DNA of 64,000 bases from Selaginella moellendorffii (Eukaryota > Plantae > Lycopodiophyta), in contig NW_003314354.1 in NCBI RefSeq assembly GCF_000143415.4, positions 677,857 through 741,856 of the forward strand. The letters run 5' to 3'. How positions within the stretch are numbered: the first letter of the stretch is position 1; the number at the start of each line of letters is the position of its first letter. Of this stretch, positions 13,300 through 22,965 are shown piece by piece. The notes under the pieces are model-generated. The model saw only the letters and a program-made list of their open reading frames with translations. It did not search any database and had not been told where the DNA came from. The translations under genes and the position numbers were made by a program.

Positions 13300-15780
13300 C
13301 TGTGCACGGTGAAGCTGCCAAGAGTGGAGCTTTGGGCATGGAATATTCCTCTACCAGAGTTGATGCCAACTTTGTTTCAAAGTTCCAAGCTCTTCACAAA
13401 GTTATCCAAATCTCTCAGCTTGCGAAATGACTCTTCTTGTCTTCACCACCTTTCCACCAATTTTCCTGCATTTCCAGCATGTGAATTCAACGCAAGAAAC
13501 CTCCTGGAAGCAAAAAAAAACAAGGTAATACCGTGTTTTAAAGCCCTCATGGAGCCTCAGGACCACGCTCCTGCAGGACAGAACAACATTGAAGAGAATG
13601 GTAAAGTTGTCAATGTGAAGGTCTGGATAGAAAATGCAAATTCTCCCTCTCGTTGATGTAAAGCTGATGCTATTATCTTTCTCAAGTTGGACCAATTCTA
13701 GCTACAAGATGACATGGATTTTCAACACACTTCAACAATGCAAGACAATAATGGCGCCTAGATTGATCTAGCAGCACCTAGAGCATTTTAACACCGGGGA
13801 AATTATCCCCTGAATATATGTTATAAGGGGAAGGAAGTGCCACAAACTCACTGAACTTTCCATGGGGTACTCAAGTGAACAAGTGACACCATGTGAGCCT
13901 GAGCTTCCACACCAGATCTTAAGCTCAGCATTTCTCCAGTTTGTGGATGAAATGCAGCGTCTCCAGCCAATGCCACAGATGCCAATACAACCAGATTTTG
14001 CAAGGCTTTTCCACGATGAGCAGATGAGTGTTTTCATGCAAGACAGAGTTTAGGCTATGATCAATGCCATTTTCTACCAGCCCCTTGATGCAAAGCTCAC
14101 GAAGATCCAGAGCGACATTCTCCAGCTTAAGAGGAGCATTCAAGGTATGGCTTTCCAGGGATCTGTATGTGCAGAGACTCAGCACATGAACGAGGAACTC
14201 TCCAAGGAGAATGCAGAGCTTCACAACAAGATCTGACAGCTTAAAGCAAAGCAGCCACCCATTGTCATGGATGATGACAATGAGAGTCATCACGACGACG
14301 ATGACAACGAGTTCCGATAGAAACTCGACAAGTTCAAGAATGAGCTCTCTGGAGTCGCAACTGCAATGAAACAGCCCGATGCAATGGAGCAGTGACAGCT
14401 TCGAGACAAAACTCAACTCAGTTGTGGGAGAAAAGTGGAGCACAGGAAATCAACCTTGGATTTAGAAGCATCATCCTAAGTCTCGAGACTCAAACCTGGA
14501 GACTCAGGAATAGGAAGAAGTGGTAGTTGCCACCATGTGAGACTGTTTTAAAGGGGTGAGTTAGCACTTAAACCTTATCCTTATCTCTTTTGTACTCTAG
14601 CCTTCCATCATCAATGCATGTCCACATACTCAAGATCCAGAGTACTCAAGCGATGCCAAGCCTATCCTTACTCATGACCATACACATGAGCCTTCTTGGG
14701 GATCAAAGGTCTCAGATTAGTTCCTAATTTAATTGTGTGTCTGGAGAGTGAGAATTTGCAGCAGCAGCAAGTACATGCAATGATATCAACAAAGCCCTCT
14801 ATTTTTCCTGTAATGATAGCAGTAACATCTCCAACAAATTCTCTCTTCTGCCTGCACAGACGTTCAGCAGCAACAATCCTTACCTAGTTTTTAGGTCTAG
14901 AGCATCTTCAGCAGGATGCACGCTTCAATGGCTTACATTGGTCATGCCTTGAGGTAGGTGAAGCTAATCATGATGTGGCTTCAGAGAAGCCAGTCAAATG
15001 GAAAAAAGCTTAGTATCTTGGCAGTCAAGAGGAGGAGTGCCCTAGGAGGAGTCTCATGTTCCCTAAAGCATAGCAGATGGCTCTAGCTTCCCAGAGGAGT
15101 CACTTGTTAGGTAGAGGGACCATGAGCAGCATTGGGACTTCCGTACTCAAGAGAGTTTCACTTGAGTTTTGCTTTGTACTTTTTGAGTCTCTAAGGGATA
15201 TGGGGAATATATACAAATATTTACCAAACTCAACCTCTGTATATGCATCTATAGATGACATGATCTAGGATAGGATGCCTGGTGTGTCTTCTCATGCACT
15301 ATCTCTTCATACCAGTGCACCAATTTATATTCAACATACGCTATGGATCACAGCTTAGGAACCTAGTTCCTTAGAACTTCTAAGTCCTCTCACTTAACAA
15401 GTTAGTTGACCAGTTTATGATCATGTATTGACTCCATGTTTTGCCCTAAAGGCCATCCCTCTTAAAATCAAGATCTTCAACTAGGGTCCTTATTCCTCCA
15501 ACTTTCCAATCTCACTTAGTATGTCACTCACCCAGCATAATATGGTTTTATACATAAGCATAAAAGTCCTTAAATATCAATTTTCTTTCAAAGCTAACCC
15601 TTTGAACATGTGGGAACTACTTCTCTAACCTTGATAGCCTCACCTTCTAGCAAGCTTCAAGACCAAACTTCTACTATGCCACTCTGATTTTGCATATTTC
15701 TATAAACCATTTGCACTCGTCTTTCTAAGTAGCAACTTATCTAGAATTATCCACCTTCTATTGCAACCTCAAGCTCGATC
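13300..15780 (+). mobile_element. Possible decayed non-LTR (LINE-like) remnant
   Basis: Broken coiled-coil-like ORF pieces (14030-14400) followed by weak endonuclease-like remnants (15150-15700); many stops, no clean motif. Confidence 0.25.
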
Positions 15781-16129
15781 ATAGTGTCACGAAGAGCAAC
15801 AGCAGAATTGTACTACCTTAGCCCAAACAAGGTTCGTCAAAGCTTCTCCAAGCGCCAGCCTAGCCATAGCTGCAGGATTCAGCAGTCCCTGCAAATTGTC
15901 TTCAGAAAAAAGTAAAGAATTTTCAATCTACCTTGATCGGTTGTTCACCAATAGCACAAGCAGCATGTTGCCCTTAGCAAGCTTGGACACATCCTTGACA
16001 TGTCCTTGACACATCCTTGACACACACACACACAGAGCGCTTACAATCTGCCTGAATGCCCTAAGAAATTTCACTTGATTTGGAGCGTCATTAAAATCAA
16101 AATTAAAGCGTTGCCACCCTTCTGGCACC

Positions 16130-16241
16130 TGACACGAACCACGGGAATATTCCGAGAATATTCCATGGCCTGTGGGATTTAAGGCCGTAACGCCTTAAGG
16201 GTTGGGAGGTTGGCCTAGGGTTCGCTCTCTTGTTCGTTTCA
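16130..16241 (+). repeat. 5' LTR (112 bp)
   Basis: tgacacgaa...ttcgtttca, identical to 19352-19463. Confidence 0.95.
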
Positions 16242-16271
16242 TTGGTATCGGAGCAGCACGTTCTTTTGGGG

Positions 16272-17267
16272 ATGGCGGGTGAGCAAGATATTGATCCTGA
16301 TGAGGAGTATGGCGTTAGTGAGGATAGCCATGACGATGCGGAAGAGACTCTTGATGATGTCGTTCTGCGGCAAGGACGCCAGATTTCTGCAGTTCAAAGC
16401 GACATAAAGGAGGTTAAGGATTTTGTCAATCTCATCAAGGATTTCTTGCTTCGCATGAACCCTCAAGGGTTGAATCAATCTCATGTCCGTGATTACCATT
16501 GGTACGTCAAACATGCCAAGGATTATGGTATCGTGGAATGGAAATCATCACCGGATGTTTGTGATAGTCAAGAGGTTGCTTCTTGGTTGGAATTGTGGGA
16601 AAGTTGTTGGTCTCACAATCCTTGTGAGGATAAGGTGAAGATAGATTTCTTTGTGACGAAGCTTACGGGCCATGCTTCTTCGTGGTGGAAGAACTACATT
16701 AAAGCTAATCCGATGCCAACTTCTTGGACTGATTTGATAAAGGTTTTCTGCGCTTCGTTTGTCAAGAAGTTTGAAGAGGTTGATCTCGTGAATCAGTTGT
16801 TAGAGATCCGGCAGGGGACTTTGTCTTTGGATGCGTATGCCCGCAAGTTCCGTGATCTTTGCCTTAGTCTCACGGGCACCTATAATGAGCTGCTAAAGGT
16901 GCAATGTTTTATCAAAGGATTGAGCTCGGTGGATGTGCAGCAGAAGGTCAAGAAGGATTTTCCAGCAACATTGACTGATGCTATCACTAAGGCTCAGATC
17001 TTTTCGCCCGAACCGTCAGTCAACTCGGTCAACTCTGGTCAACGAGATAGTCCACGGAGTAGTCAACGTGATGACCAGCTTGCTAATTCTTCATATTCGG
17101 GGAAGAAACGGTTGTTATTCCGTTGTGGCTCGAAGCATGAAGATGGCAGTGAAGCTAAGAAACTTCGTTTGGACCAGCGAGAGAAAGACAAGGCGGAGGG
17201 CAATTGTTTTCGTTGCCATAGAGCTGGACATCAGAGCAAGGATTGTTCTGAAGGGGTCAATGAATGA
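16272..17267 (+). CDS. gag: Retrotransposon Gag (capsid domain + CCHC zinc knuckle)
   Basis: ATG at 16272; KLTGHASSWW, IRQGTLSLDAYARKF, FIKGL, CFRCHRAGHQSKDC; uninterrupted. Confidence 0.92.
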   Translation: MAGEQDIDPDEEYGVSEDSHDDAEETLDDVVLRQGRQISAVQSDIKEVKDFVNLIKDFLLRMNPQGLNQSHVRDYHWYVKHAKDYGIVEWKSSPDVCDSQEVASWLELWESCWSHNPCEDKVKIDFFVTKLTGHASSWWKNYIKANPMPTSWTDLIKVFCASFVKKFEEVDLVNQLLEIRQGTLSLDAYARKFRDLCLSLTGTYNELLKVQCFIKGLSSVDVQQKVKKDFPATLTDAITKAQIFSPEPSVNSVNSGQRDSPRSSQRDDQLANSSYSGKKRLLFRCGSKHEDGSEAKKLRLDQREKDKAEGNCFRCHRAGHQSKDCSEGVNE

Positions 17268-17295
17268 TAAGGTGACTGTGGTGGAAATTATAGGC

Positions 17296-17516
17296 AATGA
17301 TGTGAGTGATAGTGCTTTTGAGGCCGTATTGCTTCAAGTTAGGCATTCTCTCGCCTTCATGAGCCACAAGTTTGATGTCACACAGCAGAATTGACCTACT
17401 CAAAAATGGCGACATTATCTATATGGATCGGACTTCCATATAGTTTTAGATCATCAGTCTCTCCAGATGTGGATCTTCGAGGCCGCCTTGCTCGTTGGCA
17501 AGAGTTCCTGTAGGAA
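17296..17516 (+). pseudogene. Deleted/decayed RNase H remnant
   Basis: DVSDSAFEAVLLQ, AFMSHKF..QQN*, KWRHYLYG..DHQSL, GRLARWQEFL*; internal deletions and stops. Confidence 0.85.
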
Positions 17517-19103
17517 ATGTTTGTTAAGATCCGGTACAAGCATGGAGGTGACAATAAGGTGGCTGATGTGTTATCCAGGATGGTAAATTCTATCTCGTTC
17601 GTGAAGCTATCCAGCGATCTCTTGGATGAGCTTAAGGAGTTTGCTGACTTTGACTCCTTTATCACTAATATTCGCGCGAAAGTTTTGTTGAGGGACGCCT
17701 CTATGGATTTGAAGGGTGACAAGTTTGCGTCATTCGAAATACGAGATGGAATCCTGGTGAAGAAGGGACGTGTAGTGGTTCCTCGTGTTGACAAACTCAT
17801 CAAACGGATTTTGGTTGAGTGTCATGATGTGCCAAGTGCTGGGCATCCGGGGGTATTGAGAACGTATATGTTGGTGAAGAGGCATTTCTTTTGGCCTGGG
17901 ATGAAGTCAGATGTTGAGAAGTACGTACGTGGTTGCTTGACCTGCCAGGCGGTCAAAGTTGATCATCAGAAGCTCGCTGGCCTCTATCATCCTTTACGTG
18001 TACCCGAGAATAAGTGGGATAGCATCTCGATGGACTTTATCACTGGTTTGCCCAAAACCTTTCGAGGAAATGATGCTATTTGGGTTGTTGTGGATCGTTT
18101 GACGAAGATGGCTCACTGCTTCTCTGTGAAGACAACGATAAAAGCTTCTGAACTTGCTCAGTTGTTTGTAGACCGGTTATTCAGTCTCTATGGTTTGCCG
18201 GGTGACATTGTGAGTGATCGGGATCCTAAGTTCACGTCCAAATTTTGGCAAACGGTCTTTGAAAAACTAGAGACGAAACTGAGCATGAGTAGTGGTGAGC
18301 ATCCACAATCTGATGGGCAGACAGAGCGCATGAATCAGCTATTAGAAGATATGCTACGGTCTTTTGTGGGAAACTTGACTCGACAGGGAGTATGGGAAAA
18401 ATACTTGCCTTTGCTTCAGTTTGCTCACAATAGCGCATATCAATCGGCTATTGGCATGTCTCCTTTTATGGCGATGTATGGTTATGAGCCTAGGTCTCCT
18501 GTGAGTTTGAATTTGGCTTTGGTTCGGGTTCCTCATGCTTGTGATTTCCTGGAGGATATGCAAGACAAGCTTGAGTTGGCAAAATTGAACATGAGGCAAG
18601 CTCAAGAACGAGACAAAAGATTGGCTGATGAGCATCGTCGTCATCAAGAGTACAAAGTTGGTGACAAGGTTTTCCTTAAGCTGTCGGATGCACAACGGTC
18701 TCTAAAAGGAGGTGGCAGTGCTAAGTTGTCTCCACGGTATTGTGGACCTTGGACAATTTTACAGCGTGTAGGGGATCTTGCATACACTTTGGACTTGCCA
18801 GTTAGTTCGAAGATTCATCCAACGTTCCATGTGAGCAAGCTTAAAGCGTGTTTGCACTCTGGTGATATCGTGGATCAGTCCATCATCCAGGTTCCAGAGA
18901 TTGATGCAGAGAAGGCTGGTCCGGCCAATATTCTTGCTCAAAGATTGGTGAAAACACGCCGAAAGACAACTAGGGAGTTGTTAGTTCAGTGGAATGGTTA
19001 TTCCATGGACGAAGCTACATGGGAAACGGAGGATGACATGAAGAGAGTGTTTCCGAGTTTTGGTTATGACTTGGATGACATTCCTGAGGAAGGGGAGAAT
19101 TGA
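17517..19103 (+). CDS. Integrase with HHCC, intact DDE, GPY/F motif and chromodomain
   Basis: HDVPSAGH..CLTC; SMDFITGLP; VSDRDPKF; DGQTERMN; YCGPW; IHPTFHVSKLK; LLVQWNGYSMDEATWE; 528 aa open. Confidence 0.93.
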   Translation: MFVKIRYKHGGDNKVADVLSRMVNSISFVKLSSDLLDELKEFADFDSFITNIRAKVLLRDASMDLKGDKFASFEIRDGILVKKGRVVVPRVDKLIKRILVECHDVPSAGHPGVLRTYMLVKRHFFWPGMKSDVEKYVRGCLTCQAVKVDHQKLAGLYHPLRVPENKWDSISMDFITGLPKTFRGNDAIWVVVDRLTKMAHCFSVKTTIKASELAQLFVDRLFSLYGLPGDIVSDRDPKFTSKFWQTVFEKLETKLSMSSGEHPQSDGQTERMNQLLEDMLRSFVGNLTRQGVWEKYLPLLQFAHNSAYQSAIGMSPFMAMYGYEPRSPVSLNLALVRVPHACDFLEDMQDKLELAKLNMRQAQERDKRLADEHRRHQEYKVGDKVFLKLSDAQRSLKGGGSAKLSPRYCGPWTILQRVGDLAYTLDLPVSSKIHPTFHVSKLKACLHSGDIVDQSIIQVPEIDAEKAGPANILAQRLVKTRRKTTRELLVQWNGYSMDEATWETEDDMKRVFPSFGYDLDDIPEEGEN

Positions 19104-19107
19104 GTTC

Positions 19108-19330
19108 TATAGCCGTATTGCTATATGATTTGAGCCGTTTGTTCTATTCTCATTCTCTTGTTTTCCATGACCGTATTGTCATGTGAGAAAGCCGTATTGC
19201 TTTCTTTCTTTCGTGACCGTTTGTTGCGACGTTGGTGTTGCCGTTTGCACATCTTTTCTCCATGGCCGTATTGCCTTGGACTCCCTTCATTTGAGGCTCA
19301 TTTAGCTTCTCGAGGCTACCGTATGTGGCT
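19108..19330 (+). repeat. Array of 8 stem-loops with conserved C-CGT(A)T(T)-G loop and variable stems in the element 3' UTR
   Basis: tatagc/gctata, gagc/gttc, catgac/gtcatg, agaaagc/gctttct, tcgtgac/gttgcga, ggtgttgc/gcacatc, tccatggc/gccttgga, ggctac/gtggct, each around cgtatt, cgttt or cgtat. Confidence 0.9.
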
Positions 19331-19351
19331 GGGTCATGAGGGAGGGGAGAA

Positions 19352-19463
19352 TGACACGAACCACGGGAATATTCCGAGAATATTCCATGGCCTGTGGGAT
19401 TTAAGGCCGTAACGCCTTAAGGGTTGGGAGGTTGGCCTAGGGTTCGCTCTCTTGTTCGTTTCA
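19352..19463 (+). repeat. 3' LTR (112 bp)
   Basis: Identical to the 5' LTR, followed by TSD GCACC. Confidence 0.95.
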
Positions 19464-19920
19464 GCACCTGATCTTTGCCATCTATTTGAAGGCTTTGAAT
19501 TTCAACCGTTAGATTATAAACATATTCATAAATAATATTCTAAAAATGGAATAAAAGATGCTATATGCCAATAGCACGTTTAAATAAAGAGTTTGATTTG
19601 GAGCGTCATTAAAATCAAAATTGAAGCATTGCCACCCTTTTGGCACCTGATCTTTGCCATCTATTTGAAGGCTTTGAATTTCAACCGTTAGATTATAAGC
19701 ATATTCATAAATAATATTCTAAAAATGGAATAAAAGATGCCATATGCCAATAGCACGTTTAAATAAAGAGTTTGATGATATGCTTATAATCTAACGGTTC
19801 AAATTGAAAAACTTCAAATAGATGGCATAGATCAAGTGCCAAAGGAGTGGCAACTCTTCAATTTTTTAATGACGATCCAAATCAAGAGAAAAAAATTAGG
19901 GCAATTGGGCAGATTGTGAG

Positions 19921-19956
<36 letters not shown>

Positions 19957-20289
19957 CTGTGTGCTGAAATTTTCTATTTGCTGCGTTTGATCGGACTGGC
20001 TGGGGACTGACGAGCCGGCCGTGCAAAAAAAGTGGCCATTTCTGTGTGGTTTTTTTCTTGCCAGGTTTAGAAGGATAAAACATTGGAGAAAGCTGGTTTT
20101 AATGCCATTGCATTAACAAGAACCTCTTTAAAGAACTAAAATTAACATATGTTTTTGTTTTTATTTAATGTGTATTATGTCCTTAATTGTGTTAATACTT
20201 GCTTATCTCCTTATATTATGACCAGTCTGGATTTATATTTTCAGAAATGTATAATTAAAATATATATGAGAAAAAGAGAATTTATATCA

Positions 20290-21309
20290 GGGTTCTTTTG
20301 TGAAACATGCACCTTGGACATAGAAGAAAATTCTATATCCGCTGAACATATTTGAAGAGCTAAATTACTCATATGGGACAAAATAAACATGGTAACCACT
20401 CATGCTTTGTGTGACATCAAGAATTGTGACACAAATTTTAGTGGTATCACATTTGGTGACAGGGGGAGACTTTAGGCAAACCTTACCTGTTCTTCAAAGA
20501 GCTTGCCACACACAAATCATTCAAATTAGTGTTAAATCCTCACCAATATGGTCTAAACTCCTAAAGTTCTCATTTCATATAACCTCCTAGGACATTCAGA
20601 GTACCATTAACATCCACTACTAGAGAACAATTGATAGATAATGTGTTTGAAAAACACATAGAGACAAGCAAGTAAAGCCTATTCTCACAATTTTAAATAA
20701 CCTCTCTCTACAAGTAAATGACTAAGTTCTTTCAAGAATGAGCAACAATAACATACAAGAGAATATGAGAGTAGAAACAGAATCAAATGAGAAGATGCTT
20801 GACTATCCTATGGAGTTCTTAAATTTGGTAACACTGTCTGGAATGCCTCCACATAAGCTAAACATAAAAATCAGCTGTATCATAATGCTCTTACATAATA
20901 TTAACACAAATAAACTACCATAACCAAGGCTTTACCAAACGTCATTGAAGTTAAAATTTTACACAATGATATGCAGGTAAAAAAAAAAAGAATCTCTTTG
21001 AAACCAAAAAAATGGAGATATGCCATTCATTGTAAAATATTAGTAGTTCTCTCTAAGGCTTGCATTCTCTGTCACAATTTGCAAATAATAAAGACAAACA
21101 CTGTAAAATATAAAGATATTCTTGCCAAGATAAGTTTTCAACCATGGTCAACTTTATGTTGCACTCTCAAGGGGAACATCAAAAGACACAAATATCTGTA
21201 GAACAATTGTGTACACAAAAACACATAGTCTATAAAAAATTCTTTAAAATGATAATATTAAATAAAACATAATTACTATCTCTGCCAGCGGAGCTGGATT
21301 CGTTGCTAG
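20290..21309 (+). mobile_element. Helitron 3' part with decayed PIF1-like helicase
   Basis: GGDFRQTLPV, YPMEFLN..SGMPPHKL..IMLLHNI; 3' hairpin CCAGC-GGA-GCTGG (21285-21297), then CTAG at 21306-21309 followed by T. Confidence 0.85.
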
Positions 21310-21855
21310 TCATATATAAACCTGGTAAAGACAATATTTTTCTGAATGCATTGAATCATTAAGCTTAGTTCCAAGCAATATCGGCAATCAATTCGGACTG
21401 CTTGGAGGATGTTCGGGCTTCGTATAAAAGTGATCTATTAGTGAAGGCAATCTTGCACTGTGTGAAGTTGTCGAAGTAGAACCCTAGTAGTAAAGTGGCA
21501 AAATTTGTTAGTCGAACCAATGCGAAGCTTCACTACTCAAGATGGGCTTATATTCTATAAGCAAGAGAAATTGTATCTTCCCTCTAAGGATCTGCAACAA
21601 TTGTTTCTGCGGGAACATCATGATATTCCAGCAGTGGGACATGGTGAAAAACACAAGACTCTTGCTTCATTAAAAAAGGTATTTTTCTGGTCTAATATGG
21701 AAGGTGATGTAGCGGACTATGTCTGTTCCTGCCCTATATGCCAGCAATGTAAGCGCAGAACTAAAAAGTAGGCTAGAAAGTTGCAAGTGCATTCCAGCAC
21801 CGACATGGCCATTTCAGAGTGTGACACTTGATTTCGTCACTTGTTTGCCAAAAGC

Positions 21856-22529
21856 TGTAGCGCATGTGATCATGGGATGAGATTTGGATATACTGTCACC
21901 GTGGATCCTTGGAACCTTAAGGGATAAATGGGGATAAAATAGCCACTAAGGGCTCTCTCATCAAGCAATTGCCCCTTTTCCAGTTGGCTTAAGGGGAGAG
22001 AGATAAGGTGCGCTACAATTGGTATCAGAGAAAATGGCACGGGTTTGATTCCCATTGATTAGTGGCTACTTAAAAATATAATATACCCTTGAGCAAGGTA
22101 TATTCCTACCCCTAAATTTGAAATCGTACGTATTGGACATCCATGCGTACGTCCTTCCTCTTGTGTGGAGTATCCACGGACGAAGGTATCCACCGTGGGA
22201 CTGCGGTACGGGTGGATGACTAGTTGCCTCACATGGAATAGCTGGTCTACACAATGGAAGGATTGGTAGATTGAGTGCGGAAATGGAGGTGTTGGTTCCC
22301 CTTGGCTCAGTAGGGGTTGTTAGTCAATAGTTAATGAAGACATTGACATCTCTGAAGGGGGGGCGAGTGTAGCGCATGTGATCATGGGATGAGATTTGGA
22401 TATATTTTCACCGTGGATCCTTGGAACCTTGGGGGATAAATGGGGATAAAATAGCCACTAAGGGCTCTCTCATCAAGCAATTGCCCCTTTTCCAGTTGGA
22501 TTAAGGGGAAAGAGATAAGGTGCGCTACA
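21856..22529 (+). mobile_element. TRIM (674 bp, non-coding miniature LTR element)
   Basis: 162-bp LTRs at 21856-22017 and 22368-22529 with 9-bp terminal IR TGTAGCGCA..TGCGCTACA; PBS TGGTATCAGAG; PPT GAAGGGGGGGCGAG; TSD AAAGC; interrupts the integrase frame. Confidence 0.95.
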
Positions 22530-22965
22530 AAAGCTAAGGGTTATGATACTTTGATGGTGGTTGTGGATTGGTTGTTGAAGATTGCACACTTTATTCCAAC
22601 TGTGGGAATAGTGAATGCAAAATAAGCAGCAAAGCTCTTTTTCCATGAAGTAGTACGAGTTCATGGTCTTCCTATAGAGATGATCTCGGATAGAGATTCG
22701 AGGTTTATGGGGAAGTTTTGGGGCACACTGTTCCAACTGTTTGGTACCAAGTTGAAGTTTAGTATGGTTTATCATCCTCAAACTGATGGGCAGACCAAAC
22801 GCGTGAATGCTCAAGTTGAGGATTATCTACAGTACTATGTCACAATGGACCAATGCGATTAGGTTGAGCATTTGGACACAGCAGAAAACTATTATAACAA
22901 CACATTCCACAGTGCTATAAGCTGTTCTTCATGGGAGATGCTGCAAGGGAATGCTCGTGGGGTGC

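Larger units (their letters stand above)
16130..19463 (+). mobile_element. Young non-autonomous chromovirus-type LTR retrotransposon (gag + integrase-chromodomain; PR/RT absent, RNase H decayed)
   Basis: Identical 112-bp TG..CA LTRs at 16130-16241 and 19352-19463; TSD GCACC on both sides; PBS TGGTATCGGAGC at 16243; PPT GAGGGAGGGGAGAA before the 3' LTR. Confidence 0.95.
16020..19960. repeat. Long imperfect inverted repeat (fold-back, arms about 170 bp or more) split by the LTR element and containing a 179-bp tandem duplication
   Basis: Left arm 16020-16129 plus 19464-19525 (acaatctgcc..cttgatttgga..gccatctatttgaag..aaccgttagattataa) is reverse-complemented at 19780-19960; tgatctttgcc recurs at 19469 and 19648. 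Confidence 0.75.

Noticed and set aside
19108-19330. CRISPR-like repeat/spacer array
   Set aside because: The constant part is only 7-8 nt, the variable parts are self-complementary stems, there are no cas genes, and the context is a eukaryotic retroelement.
20007-20030. Hammerhead-like CTGACGA
   Set aside because: No GAAA and no convincing stems I-III.
21856-22017. Cassandra-type TRIM with 5S rRNA in the LTR
   Set aside because: No recognisable 5S A/IE/C boxes in the 162-bp LTR.
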